Notes under the pieces: generated by a model | The model's database searches: none | Told to the model about the DNA's origin: nothing | What the model saw: only the letters and a program-made list of their open reading frames with translations | Origin: Aaplasma endosymbiont of Hyalomma asiaticum | GTDB lineage: Bacteria > Pseudomonadota > Alphaproteobacteria > Rickettsiales > Anaplasmataceae | Direction of reading: 5' to 3' | DNA: 64,000 bases | Assembly: GCA_048496795.1 (NCBI GenBank) | Contig: JBGCXB010000002.1 | Location: 20,621 to 84,620 of the forward strand | Shown: one piece after another, positions 29,604 through 39,962 of the stretch | Layout: the number at the start of each line of letters is the position of its first letter | Numbering within the stretch: position 1 is the stretch's first letter | Position numbers and translations under genes: made by a program

Positions 29604-29739
29604 AGGACTTGTGGTGTTTTTTGTGGATACAGTTTGGTTTATGTGATGAATTTTCACGAACTGTACCGATAACTTGTTTACTCAGGTTTGTGTGGGTATA
29701 TAGAATAGGGACTTTGGTATAGTGACATAGGTACTTCTC

Positions 29740-31278
29740 GTGGGCTTTGGATTATCTGCAGTAGCAGAAGCAGTTGTGGGGATAGTAGCAGCAAGGTTAG
29801 GAAGTATCCGTGGTTGTGACTACACTTTGGATGGTTTAGAGTATTTCCCACTTATATTGTCATTTTTGATTTCTTTGTCTTCTATATTTTTGGGGGTACG
29901 GGGAAGTTATAAAGAAATATTGTGTTCTATTTTGTACTGCGTGGGTAGCATTGTTGCATTAGCATCTTCAAACCTAACGTATACCACTATTGGCTTCGAA
30001 GTTATGGCATTAGCTGCAGCTTTTCTTGTAGCTTTGGGAAACTGCAAGAGTGGAGGTCCTGCGTTTCTCAGCTATACATGCATGCACTTTTTTTCAGGTG
30101 TATTGTTGTTGCTAGGTGCGTGTCAACATGAAAATTTGGGATATCTGGAGGGATTGCCAAGGTGGCTTTTCTTGATGGGGTTGCTTATCAATGCAGCCGC
30201 TTTTCCTTCGTCTTTTTGGGTTTTGTGTTCATATCCTAGAGCCTCAAGTTTTGGCATTATGGTGTTGTCTTTGTTCACTACTAAGGTTGCATTGTATTTG
30301 TTGCTCAGAGAGTTCTCGGGCGAGTCCGTGATAATGTATGTTGGCGTTTTGACAGCGGTTTATGCAGTTATATTTTCGCTAATTGAGAAAAATGTACGAC
30401 GACTTATGTCTTACGGGTTAGTTGGGCAGGTAGGTCTCATATTGATGGCAATAGGGTGCGCGGGTATCCCCCGGGACATTGTCATAATGCAGATGGCTTT
30501 TTCTGTCTTATACCAGCTGTTGTTGTTCATGGCTGCTGAGTGTGCAGAGCGGAACTCCGGAAGTGTTGACATAAATAAAATGTCGAAAAGTATAGGTGTG
30601 TTCTCAGTAGAATCGTTAGGTTGTTTGGTTGCTTTGCTGAATATGGGAGGCTTTCCTGGAACTGCTGGCTTCGTGGTGAAGGGGTTTATGCTGAACATGG
30701 AGATAGAAGGCTTTAGTTATGAATTTCTAAAATACGTCCACCCAGCAATGGATTTAGCGTTATTTGCCAGTGTTGGCATGAAGTTTTTCTGGCACACTAC
30801 TTTGAAAAGTTACGGTTCGGCCTCCCATAGCCAGGGAAATATTACGTCTAGAATATCAATATTGGCCTTATCACTTGTTACAGTAGTATCAGGGATACTT
30901 TATGGTCGGGGTGTCCTTTTCTATTCGCACAAATTTGTATATACATTGGAGGAAGTAACCACTAAATTAGCTATTCTTGCTGCGGTCTTGTCTTGTTTTA
31001 CTTTGTTCAGAGATAAGTTTGCGGGACGAGTTGAGTTGTCTGTGTTAGAGTCTTTGATTAGCAGAAAAGTTATTTTTACTGTAGAAAAATTAGGTGGTTG
31101 CTTCTCTTTCGTGAAGGAATTTGTTCGTGGATATGCGTTGGAAGAGAGCACATTAGGGGTAGAAATCGGTGATAGGGAGACTACTTTGCTCAGTGGCGCA
31201 CCGACAGGGCTTATAAGTTCCACGCTGCTTCTCGTTATGTTGTGTATTTGTATTGTGTTGGTATGGGCTTATGTTTGA
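29740..31278 (+). CDS. proton-conducting antiporter-like subunit (NuoL/M/N - MrpD/MrpA family)
   Basis: 512-aa polytopic membrane protein. RLMSYGLVGQVGLILMAIG resembles the conserved KR.lAYSsi.q.G motif of the Proton_antipo_M family. GTG start. Confidence 0.65.
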   Translation: MGFGLSAVAEAVVGIVAARLGSIRGCDYTLDGLEYFPLILSFLISLSSIFLGVRGSYKEILCSILYCVGSIVALASSNLTYTTIGFEVMALAAAFLVALGNCKSGGPAFLSYTCMHFFSGVLLLLGACQHENLGYLEGLPRWLFLMGLLINAAAFPSSFWVLCSYPRASSFGIMVLSLFTTKVALYLLLREFSGESVIMYVGVLTAVYAVIFSLIEKNVRRLMSYGLVGQVGLILMAIGCAGIPRDIVIMQMAFSVLYQLLLFMAAECAERNSGSVDINKMSKSIGVFSVESLGCLVALLNMGGFPGTAGFVVKGFMLNMEIEGFSYEFLKYVHPAMDLALFASVGMKFFWHTTLKSYGSASHSQGNITSRISILALSLVTVVSGILYGRGVLFYSHKFVYTLEEVTTKLAILAAVLSCFTLFRDKFAGRVELSVLESLISRKVIFTVEKLGGCFSFVKEFVRGYALEESTLGVEIGDRETTLLSGAPTGLISSTLLLVMLCICIVLVWAYV

Positions 31279-32623
31279 ATCTTTGACTAGGGGGCTTTCT
31301 TCTGCGTTACAGAAATTAAGTGGGAAACGTGAAATATCTAGCAAGGATTTTGACCTTGTCATGGAAGATATAACACAAGCGCTGTTGGATGCCGACGTTA
31401 ATCTGGGTGTTGTGGATGAGTTTATAGATAATATCCGGAACAAAATAGTTGGTGGAGACGTAGTAAAGGGTGTTCTGCCAGAGCAAATGATCATAAAGCG
31501 TGTCGAGGAATGCCTCATTGAGATGCTGGGCAACGAGAAGAGCAATCTTGATCTTACATGTAAACAACCTCCTGCGATTATTATGATGGTAGGTTTGCAG
31601 GGCGTAGGTAAGACTACCAATACAGTAAAGGTGGCTCTGAAGCTGAAAAAAGATTCTAAAAAACCATTAGTTGCTTCTTTGGATGTGTATAGACCTGCGG
31701 CACAAGAACAGTTAAAGATTTTGGCTGCTGGGGTTGGTGTGGACAGCCTTCCAATAGTGGAAGGGCAAAAACCTGTTGATATTGCCAAGCGTGCCGTGAA
31801 AGAGGCCCAACAAAACGGGCATGATGTTCTGATTATTGACACTGCAGGTAGACTGCATATCGATCAGGATATGATAGAAGAGCTAAAGCTTGTAAAGAAA
31901 GAAATCGCCCCAGTAGAAACAATTTTGGTTGTGGATTCCCTTATGGGGCAGGATGCTGTTGGGGTGGTAAGGAAGTTCAACGAAGAGTTAGGCATTACCG
32001 GAACCATATTTACCAGAGCGGATGGTGATGCCAGGGGGGGCTCAATATTATCTATGAAGATGGTTTCTGGATGTCCCATCAAGTTTATGTCCACGGGGGA
32101 GAAACCTGAGGATTTGGATGATTTCTACCCAGATAGAATCGCTAGACGCATACTGAATATGGGGGATGTTGCATCGCTTGTGGAAAAGGCTGTAGAGGCG
32201 GTGGGCAGGGAAACGTTGGATGACATGCAGGCGAAGGCCAAGAAGGGAAAGTTTGACCTTGATGACCTTGTTATTCAACTTAAAGCCTTGAACAAGATGG
32301 GTGGAATAGCCAGTATAATGAAGTTTATTCCAGCTTTTGGTAATGATATAAAGCGCAAGGTATCTGGGATTGCTGACGATAGTAAAGTAGACAAGTATAT
32401 TGCGATTATTAACTCCATGACTAAGCAGGAACGGGCAAAACCGGAAATACTTAATGGAGCTCGTAAGACCAGAATAGCGAAGGGGGCCGGTGTGAAGGTT
32501 GATGTTGTTAACGCGCTCTTGAAGCAGTACAATCAGATGAACTCCATGATAAGCAAGTTCAGCAATATGAAAATGGATAAAATTGCTGAGTCTGACATAA
32601 TGAAGCTTCTAAAACAGAAGTGA
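31271..32623 (+). CDS. ffh: signal recognition particle protein Ffh
   Basis: MFESLT..L start, G-domain GLQGVGKTT / DTAGR / TRADGD, and a Met-rich M domain. It overlaps the preceding gene by 8 nt. Confidence 0.95.
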   Translation: MFESLTRGLSSALQKLSGKREISSKDFDLVMEDITQALLDADVNLGVVDEFIDNIRNKIVGGDVVKGVLPEQMIIKRVEECLIEMLGNEKSNLDLTCKQPPAIIMMVGLQGVGKTTNTVKVALKLKKDSKKPLVASLDVYRPAAQEQLKILAAGVGVDSLPIVEGQKPVDIAKRAVKEAQQNGHDVLIIDTAGRLHIDQDMIEELKLVKKEIAPVETILVVDSLMGQDAVGVVRKFNEELGITGTIFTRADGDARGGSILSMKMVSGCPIKFMSTGEKPEDLDDFYPDRIARRILNMGDVASLVEKAVEAVGRETLDDMQAKAKKGKFDLDDLVIQLKALNKMGGIASIMKFIPAFGNDIKRKVSGIADDSKVDKYIAIINSMTKQERAKPEILNGARKTRIAKGAGVKVDVVNALLKQYNQMNSMISKFSNMKMDKIAESDIMKLLKQK

Positions 32624-32721
32624 GTGATAGTAGGTTAGAGCATAGGGCGCTCTTGTTCCATCTAAACTTGGCCAACTTGTCTTGCGTGACTGTTTTTTGC
32701 AAATACTAATTAGGTGGTACT

Positions 32722-33600
32722 GTGTCTAAATGTTCTTTAGTTGCTATTGTTGGGGTTACAAATGCTGGGAAGTCTACGTTAATAAACAGGTTAGTGGGGT
32801 TCAAGGCGTCCATAGTAACTCCCAAGGTTCATACCACAAGAGTAAGAATGAACTCCGTTCTAAATGAGGGTGAAACCCAGCTGATTTTTACTGACACGCC
32901 TGGCATTTTTGTGCCGAAGACAAAACTAGAAAAGTTCATCGTAAAGAACGCATGGATGTCGATGAAGGGTGCTGATATTGCAGCTCTAATGTTGGATGCT
33001 AAAAGGCCATTATGCAATAATATCGATAACATCATAAAGAGGATAAAACATTCTGAGTTGCCAGCTGTTGCCGTCATAAACAAGGCTGATCTACTTGATG
33101 ATAAGGACATAAGATGTGTTGTCGAGAGCGTAAGGTCTAAGCACGAGTTTAGCATGATTTTTGTGGTGTCGGCTCTTCATGGATGGGGAATTAGGGAGTT
33201 TGTAGATTATTTGCAATCTCTGTCATGTGAAAGCCCTTGGTTGTATCCAGAGGGGTACCGTACTGATGCTACGTTGGAATTTTTTGCTGCTGAAATCACA
33301 AGGGAGAAACTGTTCTTGGCGCTGCGTCATGAGTTACCTTATTCGCTTTCTGTTGTGACAGAACACGTTGAAGATAAAGGAAAAAAGAGCATAGTAATAA
33401 AGCAGGTGATATACGTCATTAAAGAAAGCCAGAAGGCAATAATTGTCGGTAAGGACGCTACGCTTATAAGGAGTGTGTGTACATTGGCAAGGGAGGAACT
33501 GAGGCATGAGTTGGGCAAGGAGGTGCACCTGTATTTATTTGTGAAGGTTCGAAAACTGTGGCAAGATCATCTCGAAGAATGTGTTGGATATTCGCAATAA
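32722..33600 (+). CDS. era: GTPase Era
   Basis: GVTNAGKST, DTPG, NKAD and a C-terminal KH domain (REKLF..ELPY). Confidence 0.93.
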   Translation: MSKCSLVAIVGVTNAGKSTLINRLVGFKASIVTPKVHTTRVRMNSVLNEGETQLIFTDTPGIFVPKTKLEKFIVKNAWMSMKGADIAALMLDAKRPLCNNIDNIIKRIKHSELPAVAVINKADLLDDKDIRCVVESVRSKHEFSMIFVVSALHGWGIREFVDYLQSLSCESPWLYPEGYRTDATLEFFAAEITREKLFLALRHELPYSLSVVTEHVEDKGKKSIVIKQVIYVIKESQKAIIVGKDATLIRSVCTLAREELRHELGKEVHLYLFVKVRKLWQDHLEECVGYSQ

Positions 33601-33655
33601 TGGTGTAAAAGGTCGGCGTAAAATGGTTGTTAAATGAAAGATTAGTGGCGGGTAG

Positions 33656-34492
33656 ATGTTAGATTCCTTATTGGTGTTTGATATAGAGACAATACCAGAT
33701 ACTGACAGCTGTAGGAACCTTGTCGGGGAGACTTTGGATGAGGACGCTGATGTTGTTGCCAAGCGTCAAGCCATGGCTCAATATCATCTCGATGTCACTA
33801 ATGGGCAAAATTCATTTTTGCGGCAACCGTTCCATAGAGTCGTTGCTATTAGCTTTTTGCGTGCTGATATAAGGAGAGAAGGAGGGCATGAGTACTTTAC
33901 AATGCGTGAAATTCGCTCTGGGGGGACTGTTTCCTCCTCGGAAAAAGAGTTAGTAAAGGGCTTTCTGAATTATGTGGCATCTATAAGGCCTAGAATCATA
34001 ACTTTTAATGGCAGAACTTTTGATGTTCCTGTCTTGAAATATAGGGCAATGCTCCACGGAGTGCAAGCCGGGTATTTGTACAAGTCTGGTGATAAGTGGA
34101 ATGGCTATTTTCAGAGATACAGTGTTGATTGGCACTGTGATTTGCTAGACTATATCTCAGATTTTGGTGCTTCAGCACGTGTGAAAATGCACGAAGTATG
34201 TGCATTGCTGGGATTTCCGGGAAAATACGGTGTTGATGGTTCTAATGTAGCTGAGTTATATGATAGCGGACGATTACAGACAGTGAGGGACTACTGCGAA
34301 ACAGATGTTATCAATACGTACTTGGTTTATTTGAGACTGATGCAACATCAGGATAGAATCACATCGCGATGCTACAACGACTGCGTTGAAAAATTACTAT
34401 CGTACCTAAGCGATAGCAAAAAAAGGCATTTTGAAGATTTTAAGGCCGAATGGTCGCGAGCCTGTCAAGGGCAGTTTTTCGTGTCTGATTGA
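33656..34492 (+). CDS. predicted 3'-5' exonuclease (PolB-exonuclease-like / RNase H-like fold)
   Basis: LLVFDIETIPD ExoI-like motif, FNGRTFDVPVL and a YCETDV ExoIII-like motif. Confidence 0.7.
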   Translation: MLDSLLVFDIETIPDTDSCRNLVGETLDEDADVVAKRQAMAQYHLDVTNGQNSFLRQPFHRVVAISFLRADIRREGGHEYFTMREIRSGGTVSSSEKELVKGFLNYVASIRPRIITFNGRTFDVPVLKYRAMLHGVQAGYLYKSGDKWNGYFQRYSVDWHCDLLDYISDFGASARVKMHEVCALLGFPGKYGVDGSNVAELYDSGRLQTVRDYCETDVINTYLVYLRLMQHQDRITSRCYNDCVEKLLSYLSDSKKRHFEDFKAEWSRACQGQFFVSD

Positions 34493-34767
34493 GAACATAA
34501 GTTAAGGATTTCCGTTGCCGCGTTGAAGAACGTAGCAGTCCGAAGCAGAGCCCCACAAACCTGACATATGAGCCGCAGCACGGGTAAACGCGAAGGACTC
34601 TAACGCTACCCATACGAAAACCTAAGTAAGCAAAACACACAACAGGAACACAAACACTCGCCCCCAACTCTCACGCAAACGCTCTAAAAGAGCAGTATGT
34701 CACACCACGTGGTGAATACAACAAAACGGCAAAAAGCACTGAGTCTCCCAGATTCCGGACCCACTTT

Positions 34768-36021
34768 TCACCTCTCCCCACGAGTCCGCACACTTTCCAC
34801 ACGCTCAAAAGCACACTCTGCACTTACGTCGGCGTCAACCCACGTACTTGTCACAGCGGACTTCCTTCTTCTACATGCTGGTACATCAATGAGCATGACT
34901 CCATCAAGACGACAAGTGCTTCTTTCTGAATAAGAACTCCTGTTCGAGTTGAACCCTTCTACGTTTTTTAGAGCTCGGGTATAACTAGTATCCCCACTGA
35001 AAGGAAAATTTTGCCTACGAACCATTTGCAAAAGCTCTATGACATGTTTACCGGCATGACTGTTGTTCTTAATAGGACAGCGGAGCTCTGCCTTGTTAAC
35101 GTAATCAGTTAACACACGTAAGACACCCAGTTGTAGTGGATTTAACTCCTCCCCACAATACTCACCGATAGTGTCAAGGATCCCATGGCACACATGATCG
35201 ACCCTAAGCAACCAAAGCAGCTTATTGATTTGTGTCTGGCTTGCGCCGGAACGAGCTGGGCTACTGTAGTTACCACCATCTAAGGAACTGATGGGCAACG
35301 TGTCAAGAAAGACACTAACCTTACTCAATGCGCCACTCGCTTCCAAACCACTTGGGTTCTTTTCACGTCCTATAGCGTAAACACAAAGGGCATCGACGTA
35401 TGATTTGAGGTACGCACTCAACAAACTACAATCCCCAACCCGTGCGAGCGCTTCTGCAAAATATATGTTTGACATTCTACCACAGAGCCGGAGCGTAAGC
35501 TCCACCGGATGCGCCCCCCCGTTTGAGATTACAGCATCACCAGACAGCGAGATATACACATCTTCTCCACCTACGCCAAACGCTTCAAACCTAACTTCAG
35601 GGGATCTCTCATCCATGATAGTCAACACCGTACTTAGGACACTTCTGCCTTTTTCTCTGGCGCCTGCACGATTAGTGAAGTGTACGGGCATCAAAGCATG
35701 TCTGCCAGCGGGCAACAGCCCAAACTTTATTCTGCTTTTTGTGATGGTGCTTACTACGCACTTCTCTCTTGGTATCAGTACATTACCCACGAGCAGGCCG
35801 TCTCTCCCGTAAGACAGAAAGCCTACAATATTCACGACGTCGAGAGGCAGCATTACACCATCTCGTATAGCGCTCCCCCGTATAGCATCAAATAAGCTAG
35901 GACCTTGTCTCTGCACCGAATCCGAAGCAAAACCAACACACAAATACACTGCAAAACACCGGCATACAACACACTTCAGGTGTGATGCAAAACGTACACA
36001 CACCTGTGTATTCACTAGCAA
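34768..36021 (-). CDS. hypothetical protein, orphan (no recognisable motif)
   Basis: The 417-aa open frame is far longer than expected by chance. The N-terminus is Cys-rich and hydrophobic, and the C-terminus is basic. No family motif was recognised. Confidence 0.55.
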   Translation of the reverse strand: MLVNTQVCVRFASHLKCVVCRCFAVYLCVGFASDSVQRQGPSLFDAIRGSAIRDGVMLPLDVVNIVGFLSYGRDGLLVGNVLIPREKCVVSTITKSRIKFGLLPAGRHALMPVHFTNRAGAREKGRSVLSTVLTIMDERSPEVRFEAFGVGGEDVYISLSGDAVISNGGAHPVELTLRLCGRMSNIYFAEALARVGDCSLLSAYLKSYVDALCVYAIGREKNPSGLEASGALSKVSVFLDTLPISSLDGGNYSSPARSGASQTQINKLLWLLRVDHVCHGILDTIGEYCGEELNPLQLGVLRVLTDYVNKAELRCPIKNNSHAGKHVIELLQMVRRQNFPFSGDTSYTRALKNVEGFNSNRSSYSERSTCRLDGVMLIDVPACRRRKSAVTSTWVDADVSAECAFERVESVRTRGER

Positions 36022-36558
36022 ATTTCCAGCTTCAAAACAAGGTGAAAAATCGTAAAAATAGTAATTACTGCATGGAAGGGCATTATTCGTTGTATTATAA
36101 TGCTTTTGGTGAAATTCCCTCAGTTTGTTCGATTACCTCGTGGTGACAAATGATTTGAAAAATGATAATTCCTTAAGGGGGTTGTACGGGAACGTATTGC
36201 GTAGCCGGGGAAAATTTCCTGTAGAGTTTTCATAAGTTGGAGAGTGTACGAGCATGTTAATCTAGAGTTAGTAACGGTGTGGGTATAATGAGGTCGCGCT
36301 GTGTGAGCCCTACCGAGCATTGTATAGTTGAAATGGTAAGAGATGTGCGCTTGGTAGGTGGTACGGGTTGTATGTGTTTTTTGTGTTGCCCGTGTAATAG
36401 CAACGAGCCGGTTTTCCGGAATCTCTTTAAATAAGCTGCATACTTTTGTCTTGTGGGATGCCCTTGTTGCTTTCTAAGTATTCTTGCAGCTTTTTGTGTT
36501 CAATAAGTTTGAATGGATTCTCGTTTAGGTTTGCACCAGTGGATTATCGGGTGATATT

Positions 36559-37083
36559 GTGAATCTGCCTATGGGGTGTTTTCAGATGAGGTATGCGAAG
36601 TACATAATTTTTTGGCTGAGCATCACTGCGGGAATTGCGTTGGTATACGATGTAAATCACAAGGCTTTGCAAAGCACCAGAGCTACCGCGGTGACCGTCG
36701 CTCCTTCGGCAGAGGGTGCTTTAGGGGTGTCTTTTCGCAAGTCAAATGACGGACATTTCTACATTTTAGCTCATATAAGTGGTGAAAACATAAAATTTCT
36801 TGTCGATACTGGGGCAACAGATGTAGTCCTTTCTTTCAAAGATGCCCAGAGGATTGGTGCTCATATGAGGCCGTCAAAGTCAAAAACGTACCGTACAGCC
36901 AACGGATCGATACAGGCATCATATTTTACAATTCCGGAGATACGAATTGGCAATTTAGTAGCAAGGAATGTGGGAGCAAGTGTTAGCACTTCCCAGCTGG
37001 AAACCTCACTTCTTGGTATGAGCTTTTTAAAAAATTTTCAATTTATCATGAAAAAAGACGAGCTTATTCTCTATCAGAATTAG
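36559..37083 (+). CDS. retropepsin-like (clan AA) aspartic protease, membrane-anchored
   Basis: N-terminal TM (YIIFWLSITAGIALVY), catalytic FLVDTGATDVVLS (DTG), and C-terminal LLGMSFL. Same architecture as the TIGR02281-type rickettsial protease. Confidence 0.75.
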   Translation: MNLPMGCFQMRYAKYIIFWLSITAGIALVYDVNHKALQSTRATAVTVAPSAEGALGVSFRKSNDGHFYILAHISGENIKFLVDTGATDVVLSFKDAQRIGAHMRPSKSKTYRTANGSIQASYFTIPEIRIGNLVARNVGASVSTSQLETSLLGMSFLKNFQFIMKKDELILYQN

Positions 37084-37358
37084 GCTAGTACAAATACGAA
37101 TCGCGGAAATAAGTTTGCGCGATGTGCTTATGCAACGATGCAGTAAATGAAATTTCAAGGTAGAGGAGTAATTAGGTTTCTGTATGTGGGGCCTATTATA
37201 AAAGGTTGTATATCTTTGTTCACGCATAAATGGGGCAACGTGAGTTGTTTACTGTGAAGACAAAGTTTATGCGTACATTGATTTAAGGTCCCATAGGCTG
37301 TATTGGATATTACTGAGTTTTGCTGTAAAACACTCAGTGTAGTTATAGGGATGGGCTT

Positions 37359-39068
37359 ATGGACTCCAGGCTCCAAGACTTAAAGCGTGTGATGAGTGAA
37401 CAGGGGGTGGATGTTCTGTTAATTCAGCATTCTGATGAATATCAGTCAGGTTACGTTCATGAGAATCGGCAGCGTGTGAGGTGGATTTGCGGGTTTTCAG
37501 GTTCGTATGCAGTATTGGTAATTTGTCAAGAAGGCAAGTGCCAGCTTTTTACAGACAGCCGATATACCATACAAGCCGCTTTAGAAGTGAATCAAGATCT
37601 CTACGAGGTCCATGACATCAACGAGATGCCGGTTCTAACATGGTTGGAAAGAAACGTTGTAACGGGTGCCATAGTGGGCTATTGTGGCGAGCTATTCACA
37701 CTGGACCAGACGAGAAAGTACAGCAAGCTCAGGCTTAAGATGCTTTCGTGCGCGTTTATCGATAGGTTGTGGGTAAGGCCCATGGCAATAAAGCAGCTGG
37801 TTGTGGGTCATTCGGTAGAATTCACGGGATTGGATAGCTATAAAAAACGCAAAGGTGTCACCGCGCACATGCACAATTGTGATGCTATGTTAATTACAGA
37901 TGTGGATGTTATATCGTGGTTGCTGAATGTTCGTAACATGGAGTTTAACTATAATCCCGCTGTGTTATCTCGTGCCATACTATACAGGGACGGAAGAGTC
38001 GATCTTTTTATTGAAGGTACGGACCAGGTATCCGAAATAGAGGGTGACATTAAGGTAATTGAGCTCAGCAAACTTCCAGAAGTTTTGTCTAGGTTAGCTA
38101 ACATAGCTGTAGATGCCTCAACTATACCGATGTCAGTGTTTGACATCATCAAGGATAAAGTGTCTTTGATAAGAGACAAGGATCCATGCGTTTTGCCCAA
38201 AGCAATTAAAAACAGCGCCGAAATTGATGGAATGAAAGATGCACATGTGAAAGATGGTGTAGCCGTTGTCAATTTTTTGCACTGGCTAAGCAGCGAGATA
38301 GAGTGTGAAAATAGGGTAACAGAAATAGATGCGGTTCGTAAGATAAAGGAATTTAGGAGCCAACAGGACCTGTTTTTGGGTGAAAGCTTTGAAACAATTT
38401 CTGGTTTCGCAAGTAACGCGGCGATTGTTCATTATAGGGTCACCCCTGGTAGCAACAGAGTGCTGAGAAAGGGTGGGCTTTATCTCATAGATTCAGGAGG
38501 CCAGTATTATAACGGTACCACGGATATCACACGGACTGTTTCAATTGGGAAGCCTTCGGAAGAACATATGATGCGTTTTACCATGGTACTAAGGGGGTTT
38601 ATAGCTCTATCCAGTATTGTATTTCCCGAGGGGACAACCGGAGGGGCTTTGGATGTACTGGCACGGCAGTATTTGTGGAACGAACGGCTGAATTATGGTC
38701 ATGCTACAGGACATGGAGTGGGAAGTTTTCTTTCGGTTCATGAAGGTCCTCAGGCTATTGCTTCAGCAAACAGAGTGGAGCTAATGCCTGGTATGGTACT
38801 GTCTAATGAACCTGGCTACTATAAGCAAGGCGAATATGGCATAAGAATAGAAAATCTGATGTATGTGGAAGAATGCGGAGACAATTTCCGCAGGTTCAAG
38901 CAGCTTACATGTGTGCCAATCGAAACAGGGATGATAAAGCGTGATATGCTGAGCGCTCGTGACATTGAATATATAAACAGCTATCACAAGTTTGTTTATG
39001 ATAGCGTATCGCCGTATTTAAGCACCAAGGTTAAATGTTGGCTTAGTAGGGCGTGTTGTAGCCTGTAG
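37359..39068 (+). CDS. pepP: Xaa-Pro aminopeptidase (M24B, aminopeptidase P family)
   Basis: Creatinase-like N-terminal domains, then YLIDSGGQY, DITRT, HGVGSFLSVHEGP, SNEPGYY and IRIENL metal-ligand motifs. Confidence 0.85.
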   Translation: MDSRLQDLKRVMSEQGVDVLLIQHSDEYQSGYVHENRQRVRWICGFSGSYAVLVICQEGKCQLFTDSRYTIQAALEVNQDLYEVHDINEMPVLTWLERNVVTGAIVGYCGELFTLDQTRKYSKLRLKMLSCAFIDRLWVRPMAIKQLVVGHSVEFTGLDSYKKRKGVTAHMHNCDAMLITDVDVISWLLNVRNMEFNYNPAVLSRAILYRDGRVDLFIEGTDQVSEIEGDIKVIELSKLPEVLSRLANIAVDASTIPMSVFDIIKDKVSLIRDKDPCVLPKAIKNSAEIDGMKDAHVKDGVAVVNFLHWLSSEIECENRVTEIDAVRKIKEFRSQQDLFLGESFETISGFASNAAIVHYRVTPGSNRVLRKGGLYLIDSGGQYYNGTTDITRTVSIGKPSEEHMMRFTMVLRGFIALSSIVFPEGTTGGALDVLARQYLWNERLNYGHATGHGVGSFLSVHEGPQAIASANRVELMPGMVLSNEPGYYKQGEYGIRIENLMYVEECGDNFRRFKQLTCVPIETGMIKRDMLSARDIEYINSYHKFVYDSVSPYLSTKVKCWLSRACCSL

Positions 39069-39159
39069 TTTTTTGTTGTAGAAAAGTGAGATATAGCACC
39101 TGGTTACTCATTTATGTATGGAGCAGTAGTGTGACGTGGGTAGGGTACAGAGGTGGAAT

Positions 39160-39882
39160 ATGTCATTAATTCTTATGACGCGTGCTATTGATGATTCTAT
39201 GAAATCAAAAGAAATTTTGGAAGGATTGGGCTTTTGTGTGTTTACAGAGCCGATGTTCCGAGTGCACTATCCCACGGTAGTAATGGAAAAACTAGATAGG
39301 TATGACATGGTTGTTGCTACTAGTAGGCACGGGATAATTGGCATGGCTAAATCAACGAACGAGCGCAACATGCACGTATTGACAGTAGGAAACAGAACAA
39401 TGGAGTGCGCTATCGACTTGGGGTTCATAAATGTTGACACCGTAAATGGCACGGTTCTCAATTTGTTGGACTACTTGAATTTTAATGCTCGGGGACGCAG
39501 GGTGCTTTATATTCGCGGAAGAAATATATCTCATGATTTGAAAAAATCCGCTGAGGAATTGAATGTGACAGTGGAAGAATCGATCACGTATGAAACGGTG
39601 GCAAGTACCGCAATTAGTCCGGAATGTGGTTATTTGTTTACCAGTGGACGGGTGTCGGGAGTACTATTTTATTCCAAAGGTACAGCCGAAATATTTATGA
39701 AGTTAGTTGAGAAGGAGTACAGTGAGTTTTTGGACGTGGTTTCTGCGTATACCATTAGTAGGGAGGCGCAAGAAGTTCTAAATGCGTGCAGGTGGAAAAG
39801 AGTATGTATCTCTGAGCAACCGACAGAGGAATCACTTTTTAAGCTATTGTGTGACCTTTCAGATTCAAAAACGCGAGGATAG
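39160..39882 (+). CDS. uroporphyrinogen-III synthase-like (HemD family), tentative
   Basis: About 240 aa. The N-terminus ILMTRA..S....L...G is typical of HemD, with a two-lobed repeat layout. A strong SD (AGGTGGA) lies 3 nt before the ATG at 39160. Confidence 0.5.
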   Translation: MSLILMTRAIDDSMKSKEILEGLGFCVFTEPMFRVHYPTVVMEKLDRYDMVVATSRHGIIGMAKSTNERNMHVLTVGNRTMECAIDLGFINVDTVNGTVLNLLDYLNFNARGRRVLYIRGRNISHDLKKSAEELNVTVEESITYETVASTAISPECGYLFTSGRVSGVLFYSKGTAEIFMKLVEKEYSEFLDVVSAYTISREAQEVLNACRWKRVCISEQPTEESLFKLLCDLSDSKTRG

Positions 39883-39962
39883 ATTTCCTTAATGGGGGGA
39901 TGGCGCAGTTGAAATTATTTAATAACATAACTATTTATTGAAAATTAGTGGGCTAGTGCTAT

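Noticed and set aside
31153-31842. 229-aa ORF antisense across the antiporter-like subunit / ffh junction
   Set aside because: It overlaps two well-supported + strand genes and its sequence is Ser/Thr/Cys-rich with no motif.
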